A stretch of 32,000 bases of DNA from the NCBI GenBank assembly GCA_963709345.1, contig CAVPVX010000007.1, positions 220,881 through 252,880 of the forward strand, given 5' to 3'. Source of the DNA: an uncultured Actinomycetes bacterium (lineage in GTDB: Bacteria > Actinomycetota > Thermoleophilia > UBA2241). The notes under the pieces were generated by a model. That model made no database searches. It saw only the letters and a list, made by a program, of their open reading frames with translations, and had not been told where the DNA came from. Below, piece after piece: positions 16,784-25,115 of the stretch (positions are counted from its first letter, which is position 1; each line of letters opens with the position of its first letter). The position numbers were made by a program, and so were the translations under genes.

Positions 16784-17406
16784 ACGGCGGCCGGCGGCGG
16801 CGCAGCCGCTCCGCCGGCCGGCGCCGCCGCGGCCTCCCGCCGGCTCAGCTCTTGCGGCGTGTACTCCTTACCGACGCTCCAGCACTTGGCCACCGGCTCG
16901 CCCAGCGACCAGTACTTCTTGCTCGACATGTCGAAGAGCAGCGGCTTGACCTTGGCGATGTCGACGATGCCGTTGGTGAGCACGTCGACGTCTGCCCAGG
17001 TGCCCACGACCTCGCCGACGAAGAGGTCGTGGGTCGGCATCGCGATGTGCTCGATGAGCTTGCACTCCATCGTGACCTTGCACTGCTCGATCATGGGAGC
17101 GTTCTCGAGCTCGCCGTAGAAGACGTCGAAGATCGCGCTCTTGTCCTCCTTGGTGCCGCTCACCATGCCGATGTGGTCGGTCACGGCGACCAGATCCTCC
17201 GAGGGCAGGCTCACACTGAACGTCTTGTTGGCGATGATGCCCTTGTTGGTGAGGTGGATGTTGCCCATGCCGAGCGTGATGCCCTTGAGGTGAGCGATGC
17301 CGACGTGGGCGATGGTGGCGAAGTCCGCCTTGCCGTCGACGTCCGCGCCGATGATGGCGGTGACGAGCGGGTAGAGAACGTTGGTGGCGCCGAGCTTCTC
17401 CTTCAC
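16768..17406 (-). CDS. Flavin reductase-like FMN-binding split-barrel protein
   Basis: VLYPLVTAIIGADVDGKADFATIAH...VSGTKEDKSAIF... matches the flavin reductase-like domain. GTG start preceded by GAGAGG. The 3' end overlaps the pilin gene by 16 nt (convergent). Confidence 0.7.
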   Translation of the reverse strand: MKEKLGATNVLYPLVTAIIGADVDGKADFATIAHVGIAHLKGITLGMGNIHLTNKGIIANKTFSVSLPSEDLVAVTDHIGMVSGTKEDKSAIFDVFYGELENAPMIEQCKVTMECKLIEHIAMPTHDLFVGEVVGTWADVDVLTNGIVDIAKVKPLLFDMSSKKYWSLGEPVAKCWSVGKEYTPQELSRREAAAAPAGGAAAPPPAAVQNLM

Positions 17407-17554
17407 GGTGGCCTCTCTGGTCGCGGTGATCTGGTGCGTGACGGTTCCATACCCACGAGCAGGCCTGCGGTAATCGGGACCTCGTCGATGCGGGACGCAC
17501 CGGCTCGCGACGCCCGCGGTTCACAGCGGCGCCGCGAGCCGTCATCATGGGTGC

Positions 17555-18664
17555 ATGCCGCCCACCTCGGAAACGACGGCGCGTCGCCGCAGGCGGCCGC
17601 GCCGGCGCCGCATCCCCGCCCTGTTTCTGATCGTGGTCGCCGGCGGGCTCACGATCGCTCTCGCGTTCGCCCTCGCCAGCGCCCTGGACGACGACCGCCC
17701 CCACGGACCGTACCTCATCGGCGGCTGGACTTTCGGCGATCGCGCATCCCTCGAACGAGCCATCGACGCCGGCGCGATCGACGAGGTGAGCGTCGACTGG
17801 CTGCAATCGCGCCCCGACGGCAGCGTCGTGGCGCCCAAGCTCGACACGGGCTTCATCGCCGAGGCGAAGCGGCGGGACTGCAGGGTCTTCGTGACGCTGA
17901 CCGACTACGACGAGACGCGGCACACCTTCGACGCGGCGATCTCCGCCGCGATCCTCAAGACCGCGGAGTCGCGGCGGCGCCACGCCGCCGCCGTCGCCGC
18001 GTGGTGCCGCGAGTACGACGTAGCCGGCGTCGACATCGACTGGGAGGCGCTGAAGGCCTCCCAGCGCAATGCCTTCTCGGCCTTCGTCGAGGCGCTGGCG
18101 CGACGGCTGCACGACGACAAGCGCCTCATCGCCGTCGACGTCTACCCCAAGGTCCGCGAGCCCGGCGGATGGGACGGGCCGCGGTCGCAGGACTGGAAGC
18201 GCCTCGGCAGGGCGGTCGACCAGTTCCGCATCATGACCTACAACTACTCGGGCTCCTGGTCGGGTCCGGGGCCGCTCTCGCCCCCGGACTGGATGCACCG
18301 GGTGCTCGCCTTCGCCGAGACGCTGGTGCCGCCACGGCGCATCGTCATGGGCCTGGGCTTCTACGGCCGCGACTGGGTCGGTGACACGACAAGCGACCTC
18401 GTGTGGGGCGACGTGAGGGCCATCCGCGCCGCTCGCGATCCACTCCAGACCCGCACGGATTCGGGGGAGCTCCGCCTCGACTACCGGCGCGACGGCGACC
18501 GGCACATCGCGTACTTCCCCGACGCCGTCGCGATCGACGCCAAGCTAAGGATGCTTCTCGAGAAGCACCCGCAGGTACTCGGCGTCTACGCCTGGCACAT
18601 GGGCCAGGAGGATCCCGCCGTCTGGCGCGTGCTCAAGGAGTCACTCCACACTCGCGTTCCGTAG
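17555..18664 (+). CDS. Membrane-anchored glycoside hydrolase family 18 (chitinase-like) protein
   Basis: GH18 catalytic motif YDVAGVDIDWE (DxxDxDxE). N-terminal Arg-rich segment followed by a TM helix (IPALFLIVVAGGLTIALAFALASAL). Confidence 0.8.
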   Translation: MPPTSETTARRRRRPRRRRIPALFLIVVAGGLTIALAFALASALDDDRPHGPYLIGGWTFGDRASLERAIDAGAIDEVSVDWLQSRPDGSVVAPKLDTGFIAEAKRRDCRVFVTLTDYDETRHTFDAAISAAILKTAESRRRHAAAVAAWCREYDVAGVDIDWEALKASQRNAFSAFVEALARRLHDDKRLIAVDVYPKVREPGGWDGPRSQDWKRLGRAVDQFRIMTYNYSGSWSGPGPLSPPDWMHRVLAFAETLVPPRRIVMGLGFYGRDWVGDTTSDLVWGDVRAIRAARDPLQTRTDSGELRLDYRRDGDRHIAYFPDAVAIDAKLRMLLEKHPQVLGVYAWHMGQEDPAVWRVLKESLHTRVP

Positions 18665-18714
18665 AGCGCCCCAGGCATCTGCCGGTGGCTCCCACCCACG
18701 CGTCTCGCCATACA

Positions 18715-18753
18715 CCGGGGCTCCGGTGCGGTCTGTCCGCACCGGAGCCCCGG
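18715..18753. terminator. Bidirectional hairpin between the convergent GH18 and fasciclin genes
   Basis: Perfect 17-bp stem CCGGGGCTCCGGTGCGG / CCGCACCGGAGCCCCGG with 5-nt loop TCTGT. There is no strong U-tract on either side. Confidence 0.55.
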
Positions 18754-18780
18754 AAGGTGACGCGTCGTGCCGGAGCCGGA

Positions 18781-19308
18781 TTACGGGACCAGCACGGTGT
18801 CGATCACGTGGATGACGCCGTTGGAGGTCTCGATGTCGGCGGTAACGACCTTGGCGCCGTTGACCATCACGGTCCCGTCGTCCTCGATCGTGATCTTGAG
18901 CGACTCGCCATTGACGGTCTCCGCCATCATGCCGTCACTCAGATCGGTCGACAGTACCTTGCCGGGCACGACGTGATAGGTGAGCACGTCGGTCAGGGCG
19001 CCGCTGGGATCCGCGAACAGCGCGTCCAGCGTCTCCTGAGGCACCGCCGCGAAGGCTTCGTCCGTCGGGGCGAACACGGTGAACGGGCCTTCGCCCCTCA
19101 GAGTCTCCTCGAGACCCGCAGCCTGGACGGCGCTCACGAGGCTCGTGAACGATCCGGCCTCGACGGCGGTATCGACGATGTCCTTCTGAGCCATCGTCGG
19201 TTCCGGGGTGGGCGACGCGGCTTCCTCTTCCGTACTGCCGCACGCGACGATGATGAACGGCACCGTCAGTACGGCGACCACGGCCAGTACGAGCGACCAG
19301 CGTTTCAT
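18781..19308 (-). CDS. Fasciclin (FAS1) domain lipoprotein
   Basis: [23 protein letters not shown]|GS is a lipobox. FAS1 motifs are [10 protein letters not shown] and [11 protein letters not shown]. The ATG at 19308 follows GGGAGG by 6 nt; the track start at 19344 was rejected. Confidence 0.88.
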   Translation of the reverse strand: MKRWSLVLAVVAVLTVPFIIVACGSTEEEAASPTPEPTMAQKDIVDTAVEAGSFTSLVSAVQAAGLEETLRGEGPFTVFAPTDEAFAAVPQETLDALFADPSGALTDVLTYHVVPGKVLSTDLSDGMMAETVNGESLKITIEDDGTVMVNGAKVVTADIETSNGVIHVIDTVLVP

Positions 19309-19416
19309 TGGTACCTCCCAAGCTTTGCTGTGGCTCACCGGCACTCTGACGGCCGGGGCCCCTCTGACGGAGCCGGAAGCGTTCTGGTGGAACCGCTCCG
19401 GACAATACGCCTGGAG

Positions 19417-19480
19417 GTATTCTGCCCTACTTCATAGAAAAGTAATCACTTCTATAGAGTAACTCTCTAGATACGCCTAA
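19417..19480. promoter_or_regulatory. AT-rich island with TCTATAGA-like inverted repeats (likely promoter/operator upstream of the fasciclin gene)
   Basis: TTCATAGAA (19431-19439), TTCTATAGAG (19450-19459) and CTCTCTAGATA (19464-19474) form imperfect inverted repeats inside the only AT-rich stretch of a 583-nt gap. Confidence 0.35.
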
Positions 19481-19810
19481 TCGGGCGTCTTCGCCCCGCA
19501 TTGCGCGCTCCGCACGCGAACTCGGTCCTCAGCCCGCGACCGCGACTGCGGCAGGTGGGAGACGCTGCGGACGACGAGCCCGGAGGGAGCGCCGGCCGGC
19601 GAGCAGACGCCCGCCGGCCGGCCGACACGACTGCCGCGCGGCGGACGCCGCGCGGCGTCCGCCGGGCGCCTGAGCAAGCTCCCGGCGGGAGGCCGGCGGA
19701 CCCTCGGCGCAGCGCGGCCGAACTGCGGGAAGCCGGACCACAGTCGCTTGGACTCCTATCGCGCTACAAGGCGGAAGAATGAGCACTATCTTTCGTCAGG
19801 TCTGAAGACG

Positions 19811-19854
19811 ACGACGCGGACCGGCGGCGCCGTCGCGCCGCCGGTCCGCGTCGT
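19811..19854 (-). terminator. Strong hairpin terminator downstream of the membrane/zinc-ribbon gene
   Basis: 18-bp perfect stem GACGCGGACCGGCGGCGC / GCGCCGCCGGTCCGCGTC (19813-19830 / 19835-19852) with a 4-nt loop, extendable to 20 bp. It lies about 40 nt after the stop at 19892. The trailing sequence on the minus strand is GTCGTCTTC. Confidence 0.6.
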
Positions 19855-19891
19855 TCACTCGGTTCTGCTGAGGCGGCCCTTGCGAGACCCG

Positions 19892-21151
19892 TCAGGCGTC
19901 CGGCGGTCGCGGCGGCTCGGGAGCTTCCGGCGCCTCGGGGGCCGGCGGCAACGAAGACCCGGCGGGCGGCGCCTGCGTGGCCGCCGTGTGGCCGCCGCTC
20001 ACCTCGAGTGCGCAAGCCTGACAGTACTCGTCCGAGCCCTCGATCAGCGCGCCGCACTGGGCGCACTGCTTCTCGAGCCGGCCACTCGAGGCGTCGACGG
20101 CCGGCCTGTGCGCCTGCGGCGCCGCGGGAGGAGGAGCCGCCGCCGGGGAACCGGCCGCGAGCGGGTCGGCAGCCGCCTTCCACGCGTCGGGTCCGGGCGG
20201 CGGCGGGCTCGGCGCCACGGGTGTTACGACCCCGGTCGCCGCCCCGGTCACCGGCGCCGACATCGGGACCGGTGGCGGGGTGCCGTAGATCGGAGCGCCG
20301 GGCGGAGGCGGAAGCGGTGCGCCCGGCATCCCCGGAGCGGGAACCGGCTCCACGGCGCCTCCGGACCCAAGATACATGACGCTGACGTAGCAGATCGTGT
20401 AGGGAGGCACGAGTACGGCGAAGACGAGGAAGAGGACGAGGCCGAGAAGGATCCCCGCCCAATCGCTGCCCTGACCCACGCCGATCGCGATCAGCAGGAT
20501 GACGACGGCCGCCGCGGCGACGACCAGACCGAGGACGACGACCATGCCGAAGGTTCGCCACCAGCCGACGCCCTTCACCATCTCGAGGCTGCGCTTGGCC
20601 GCGTCACCGAAGCCGACACCCTGATCGGCGATGAGCGGCAGGACGTACAGCCAGATCACCCCGATCCAGACGCTGATGACCAGACCCGCAAGCCACCCGA
20701 TGAGCGGGATGACGTTCAGGAGCGATGTCCCGATCGAGATGCCGAACAGCACCAGCGCGTACACCACGTAGGCGCCGAACTTGCGAAAGCCGCTGAACAG
20801 GTCGCCGAACTCGACGCCACGGTTGCCCCTGGCCGCGCCGATGACCATCTCGAACATGCCGCCGTAGAAGACCATCGCGACCACCTGCACCAGGAAGACG
20901 ACGATGATGTAGACGACGATCGCAAGAAGGATCATCCCGACGCCGAGCGCGCCGAGCGCGCCGGAGTCGTCGGCGGCCATGTTGGCCCCGATGGTGATGC
21001 CGGCCCCGGCGAATATCGCCCCGAAGACGGCCAGCGCCGCCCCCAGGATCAGCACCATGATGAGGCCGACGACGAGCCCGGCGAGGACCAGCCACCCCAC
21101 GTCACGCCGCCAGAGCTCGAATGCCTTGGCGAACACGTCGCCGATTCCCAT
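19892..21151 (-). CDS. Polytopic membrane protein (DUF975/GDPD-membrane-domain-like topology) with Pro-rich linker and C-terminal zinc ribbon
   Basis: MGIGDVFAKAFELWRRDVGWL..., at least 6 predicted TM segments, then a PPPPG-rich linker and CAQCGALIEGSDEYCQAC (CxxC-x10-CxxC). The ATG at 21151 is 6 nt from a G7 RBS-like run; 21157 is an alternative start. Confidence 0.7.
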   Translation of the reverse strand: MGIGDVFAKAFELWRRDVGWLVLAGLVVGLIMVLILGAALAVFGAIFAGAGITIGANMAADDSGALGALGVGMILLAIVVYIIVVFLVQVVAMVFYGGMFEMVIGAARGNRGVEFGDLFSGFRKFGAYVVYALVLFGISIGTSLLNVIPLIGWLAGLVISVWIGVIWLYVLPLIADQGVGFGDAAKRSLEMVKGVGWWRTFGMVVVLGLVVAAAAVVILLIAIGVGQGSDWAGILLGLVLFLVFAVLVPPYTICYVSVMYLGSGGAVEPVPAPGMPGAPLPPPPGAPIYGTPPPVPMSAPVTGAATGVVTPVAPSPPPPGPDAWKAAADPLAAGSPAAAPPPAAPQAHRPAVDASSGRLEKQCAQCGALIEGSDEYCQACALEVSGGHTAATQAPPAGSSLPPAPEAPEAPEPPRPPDA

Positions 21152-21239
21152 GTACATCCCCCCCGTTCGCCTGAAGGCCGGTCGCCCCGAAGGGCCTCGT
21201 GCCGCCAAGGTTCTCGCACCCGAGCGGCCTTGTCACGCG

Positions 21240-22109
21240 TTAGCCGGTGGTCGCCATCCCCGTGTCGTCCGGTGCTGGCGGAGGCGGCGGACTTCCCGCG
21301 GCCAGGGCCGCAGCGATGAGCCAGTCCTCGCGCCGCGATTGATAGTACATCGCCAGAAGGTAGGTGAGGCCGTAGGGACCCGTCACAAGGCCCACGGCCA
21401 TTCCGGCGAACGGGATCATGGCCGCGGCAAGAGCCGCGGCCATCAGCGCCAGCTGCAGCACGAAGAGAGCCAGGAACGTCCACCACCAGCCGACGCGATG
21501 GACGAGCGCACGGCTCTCGCGCAGCGCCGCGGTCACGCCGACGCCGCGGTCGATGACGACGATCAGCGCATACGTCCAGCACACCGACAGGTAGGCGATG
21601 ACGAGTCCGGCCAGGACGGCGAGCATGATGCCGATGACGATCGCCGGGACCCAGAGGAACGCGATGCCGAGCCCGATCACGACCACCGGTGTCGCCGCGA
21701 CCGCCAGTGGCACCAGTAGGAAGGCGACGGTGTACACCCCCACCACGCGGCCCAGGACCCGAAACCCCGTGAAGAGGTCCCAGTAGCCCATCACGCGCCC
21801 CTCGCGCACGCGGCGAAGCGCCCCGGTGAGGACGCCTGCGTACAGCGGGATCGCCACGAGCACCATGACGGCCACCGCCGCCAGGTAGCCGGCGACCAAC
21901 GCGACGACGCCGGCGACACTGAGGCCCGTGATCGCGCCGGCCTCGGCGCCGGAGACCAGACCGGGCAGCGCAACGAGCATCGCCACCAGGATGACGACCG
22001 CGACTGCCGCCCCCGGGATCAGGCCGGCCAACAGCAGCCCGACGATCAGCTGACCGATGTCCTTGAGCAGCAGTCCCCAGGCATCCTTGAAGAGCTTTCC
22101 CAGATCCAC
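21240..22109 (-). CDS. Polytopic membrane protein, paralog of 19892..21151 without the zinc ribbon
   Basis: Same N-terminal pattern (LGKLFKDAWGLLLKDIGQLIVG...), the same central G-x-x-F-x-GFR motif (YWDLFTGFRVLG versus FGDLFSGFRKFG) and GWWWTF versus GWWRTF. The GTG at 22109 follows GGGGGGA by 6 nt; the track start at 22151 is also GTG. Confidence 0.7.
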   Translation of the reverse strand: MDLGKLFKDAWGLLLKDIGQLIVGLLLAGLIPGAAVAVVILVAMLVALPGLVSGAEAGAITGLSVAGVVALVAGYLAAVAVMVLVAIPLYAGVLTGALRRVREGRVMGYWDLFTGFRVLGRVVGVYTVAFLLVPLAVAATPVVVIGLGIAFLWVPAIVIGIMLAVLAGLVIAYLSVCWTYALIVVIDRGVGVTAALRESRALVHRVGWWWTFLALFVLQLALMAAALAAAMIPFAGMAVGLVTGPYGLTYLLAMYYQSRREDWLIAAALAAGSPPPPPAPDDTGMATTG

Positions 22110-22195
22110 GCGGCGTCCCCCCGGTCCCTCGACACGATCAGGCTGCAACACTCAGCGGGTGCCCTCGACCCGCTGCGCTGCTACCCTTGACACAT

Positions 22196-23164
22196 ATGCG
22201 CGACTGTACCCGCAGGGACTTTCTAAGAATCGCCGGCGGCGCGGCGGCCGGAGCCGCACTGGCGGCCGCAGGCTGCGGCACGCAGGTTCCATCCGACCCG
22301 CCGCAGGAGGGGCGCCTGGCGTCTCCTCCGGCATCGGCGGCAGCCGGGAACCGCGTCCCGCCGCCGCTGGCGGTAGCGCACGGCGGCGGCGCGGAGGCGC
22401 TCACCGAAGCGGCGATCACCGCGCTCGGCGGCATGAAGCGCTTCGTCAAACAGGGCGCCGACGTCGTCATCAAGCCCAACATCTGCACCGGCTATCACGG
22501 CCCCGAGTACGCGGCCACCACCAACCCCGCCGTCGTCGGCGTCCTCGTCGGTCTGTGCCGCGCCGCCGGCGCGGCTCGCGTGCGCGTCATGGACATGCCC
22601 TTCGGCGGCCCGGCCGAGGAGGCGTACCGCACGAGCGGCATCCAGGCCGCGGTCGAACGGGCCGGCGGAGAGATGCACATCATGGCCCCCACGCGCTTCC
22701 GCGAGTACCGCATCCCGGACGGCCGCGACCTCACCTCGTGGCCGATCTACAGCGACGTGCTCTCCTGCGACACCCTGATCGACGTCCCGATAGCGAAGGA
22801 CCACGGGATGACCAGGCTGACGCTTGGAGGCAAGAACCTCCTCGGCGTCATCCTCGACCCGGGCGACATCCACGCGAACATCGGCCAGCGGACGGCAGAC
22901 CTGATCAGCGTGTGCCGCCCTACCCTCACCGTCGTCGACGCCGTTCGCGTGCTCACCGCCAACGGCCCCACCGGCGGCGACCTCAACGACGTCGAGACCT
23001 TCGACACCGTCGTCGCAAGCGCGGACATCGTGGCCGCCGACGCCTTTGCGGCCACGCTCTTCGACCTCAGCGGCGCCGACATCCCGTACGTCCAGGCCGC
23101 CTACGACATGGGCCTCGGCGAGATGGATCTGGACCGCGTCGACATCCGCCGCGTGCGCGCCTGA
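22196..23164 (+). CDS. DUF362 domain protein, Tat-signal lipoprotein
   Basis: MRDCTRRDFLRIAGGAAAGAALAAAGCG has a twin-arginine motif plus a lipobox Cys. The DUF362 core is VVIKPNICTGYHGPEYAATTNPAVV. The start may instead be the TTG at 22187. Confidence 0.75.
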   Translation: MRDCTRRDFLRIAGGAAAGAALAAAGCGTQVPSDPPQEGRLASPPASAAAGNRVPPPLAVAHGGGAEALTEAAITALGGMKRFVKQGADVVIKPNICTGYHGPEYAATTNPAVVGVLVGLCRAAGAARVRVMDMPFGGPAEEAYRTSGIQAAVERAGGEMHIMAPTRFREYRIPDGRDLTSWPIYSDVLSCDTLIDVPIAKDHGMTRLTLGGKNLLGVILDPGDIHANIGQRTADLISVCRPTLTVVDAVRVLTANGPTGGDLNDVETFDTVVASADIVAADAFAATLFDLSGADIPYVQAAYDMGLGEMDLDRVDIRRVRA

Positions 23165-23279
23165 GCCTACGCGTCTGCGGCGCGGCGGGCGGCCGCGGCG
23201 GGGCCGTGAGCCGGCGCCGGGACCTGCCGGAGCAACCGCTGGTGGGCCGACGCGCCGGCCCTCGGGGTAGAATCGCCGG

Positions 23280-24206
23280 GTGATGGACGAGCACGCCACC
23301 TCCCGCCTTCGCGACGCCGCCCTCGACGCCGCCCTGACTCGCCACGAACAGCTGATGGCGGAGGCCCGGCGCATCATCGACGCCGGCAACGACCGCGGCG
23401 TGACCCTCCGCCTCACCGGTGGGCTCGCCGTGCGCCACTACGCGATCGACCTGGAATTCGCCGAGCGCCACTACAGCGACATCGACCTGATCGGCCTCAA
23501 GCGCCAGGCGGCCGACGTGGGCGGTGTCTTCCGCGACCTCGGCTACCTCGAGAACCAACACGTCTCGATGGCCACCGCCAACGGCCAGCTTCAGTTCTTC
23601 ATGCCGGCGCGGTCGCTGGAATCACGGGCTCACATGGGCAAACGTGGCCATGCTCTCCCCGTGATCAGCGCAATCCCTCCGAGTGACCACATCGACGTCT
23701 TCCTCGACGCGATGCGCATGGATCACGCGATCGACTTCCGCGGCCGTCTCGAGATCAACACGTACGCCATCGACCCTGCCGACCTCTTCCTCAGCAAGCT
23801 CCAGATCGTGAACCTGAACGAGAAGGACGCCCACGACATCATCACGCTCTGCAAGGATGTGTACGTCGACTTCCGGCCGCACCCCGGCGTGCTGGACCTG
23901 CAGCACGTCGCCGAGGTCTGCGGCAGCGACTGGGGTCTCTACATCGATGTCATGAGCAACGTGGACACGGTCATCGACCATATCTCCGACTACGACCTCA
24001 GCCCGCGCGACGCCGCCCGCGTGCGTCGCACGCTCGAACTGGCACAGGACATGATGACCGAACACTCCAAGACGCTGCGCTGGAGGCTGCGTTCGCGCAT
24101 CGGCAAGCGCCTCCGCTGGTACTCCGAAGTCGAGGAGCAGTTCGGCGGCCGGACCGAGGAGACGGCGCTGGCGGTGCGCACCAAGGCCGGTCGCGCCGCG
24201 GTCTGA
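23280..24206 (+). CDS. Polymerase-beta-superfamily nucleotidyltransferase-fold protein (family uncertain; resembles uncharacterised NTP_transf_5 / AbiEii-type folds)
   Basis: LRLTGGLAVRHYAIDLEFAERHYSDIDLIG has the G-G...D-x-D NTase motif. A downstream acidic motif HIDVF and the helical motif SKLQIVNLNEKDAHDIITL follow. TAGAAT at 23268-23273 lies 7 nt before the GTG at 23280 (ATG at 23283). Confidence 0.6.
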   Translation: MMDEHATSRLRDAALDAALTRHEQLMAEARRIIDAGNDRGVTLRLTGGLAVRHYAIDLEFAERHYSDIDLIGLKRQAADVGGVFRDLGYLENQHVSMATANGQLQFFMPARSLESRAHMGKRGHALPVISAIPPSDHIDVFLDAMRMDHAIDFRGRLEINTYAIDPADLFLSKLQIVNLNEKDAHDIITLCKDVYVDFRPHPGVLDLQHVAEVCGSDWGLYIDVMSNVDTVIDHISDYDLSPRDAARVRRTLELAQDMMTEHSKTLRWRLRSRIGKRLRWYSEVEEQFGGRTEETALAVRTKAGRAAV

Positions 24207-24249
24207 TCCGGGCGTACGAGAGCGCCGCACCCGGGGCTCCCCGGCATCC

Positions 24250-25065
24250 TCAGGGAGCCCCTCCATCCTCTTCCTCCACCAGTTGGTACCAAGGGCGCCG
24301 GGTGCCCACCCGGGCACGCAGTCGCCAGCCGACCGTCTTGGGAACCGCGTCGATGGCCCCGGTCAGCACAGCGACCCGCGCGCGCACCCGCACGAGATCT
24401 TCGGGAGTGAGGCCCGACGAGCCTCCCGCCTCCACGCAGCGCTGCAGATTTCGTGTCACGTCGTAGAAGAGGCCCCAGTCCCCGGCGCAGAGCCCCGCGA
24501 TGTACTCCGCGTCGATCGCCCGCGGCCCGGCCTCGTCGGCGTCCGCCGAGACCGCCAGCAGATGCAGCGCGTCGTGCACGTCGCGCGGCTCCGCGCGCGT
24601 GATGAGCAGCTTGGTGACCAGCAGATCGCTCGCGGAGAGCGTGTAGGGATGCAGCCCAAGACGATCCCTGAGATCGATCTCGTGCTCCATCCTGAACCGG
24701 TCGAAGAAGACGTCCACGTGATCGTCCTCATGTGCGCGGCCGCCGCCGGCCGTCACGTGTTCGCAGGGCCGCACGAACTGTGCCTGCCGCCCCATTGTGG
24801 CCATCCTCACGTGGTCGCGCTCGCCGTACCCGAGATCCCCCAGGATGTCGACCACCCCGACCGCCTCGCGGCTCAGCCCCGCGAGATCGACGTCCGCGTA
24901 GTCCCGCTCGCAGCTCGCAAGCCCGTCGCAGTGAGTGGCCACGGCGAGGCCCCCGAGCAGGCGCAGCGTCACACCGCGCGCTCGCGCGGCATCGACGATG
25001 CGCCGGCCCTCGGCGACCATCCTCAGCCGAAGTGGGCCGCCAGCAGTGTCGGCGGATCCTTCCAT
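24250..25065 (-). CDS. Nucleotidyltransferase-fold protein, paralog of 23280..24206
   Basis: This is the C-terminal 272 aa of track ORF 24250..26181. It aligns with the paralog along its full length: LRLLGGLAVATHC...YADVDLAG, HVDVFFDRFRMEHEIDL, TKLLITRAEPRDVHDALHLL, GDWGLFYDV, WRLRARVG...WY. Own ATG at 25065 after GAGGGGGGAGTGGGGG. Confidence 0.6.
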   Translation of the reverse strand: MEGSADTAGGPLRLRMVAEGRRIVDAARARGVTLRLLGGLAVATHCDGLASCERDYADVDLAGLSREAVGVVDILGDLGYGERDHVRMATMGRQAQFVRPCEHVTAGGGRAHEDDHVDVFFDRFRMEHEIDLRDRLGLHPYTLSASDLLVTKLLITRAEPRDVHDALHLLAVSADADEAGPRAIDAEYIAGLCAGDWGLFYDVTRNLQRCVEAGGSSGLTPEDLVRVRARVAVLTGAIDAVPKTVGWRLRARVGTRRPWYQLVEEEDGGAP

Positions 25066-25115
25066 GCCGGCTATGTGCCCCCACTCCCCCCTCACCAAGC
25101 GCGCCGCGGCGCCGA

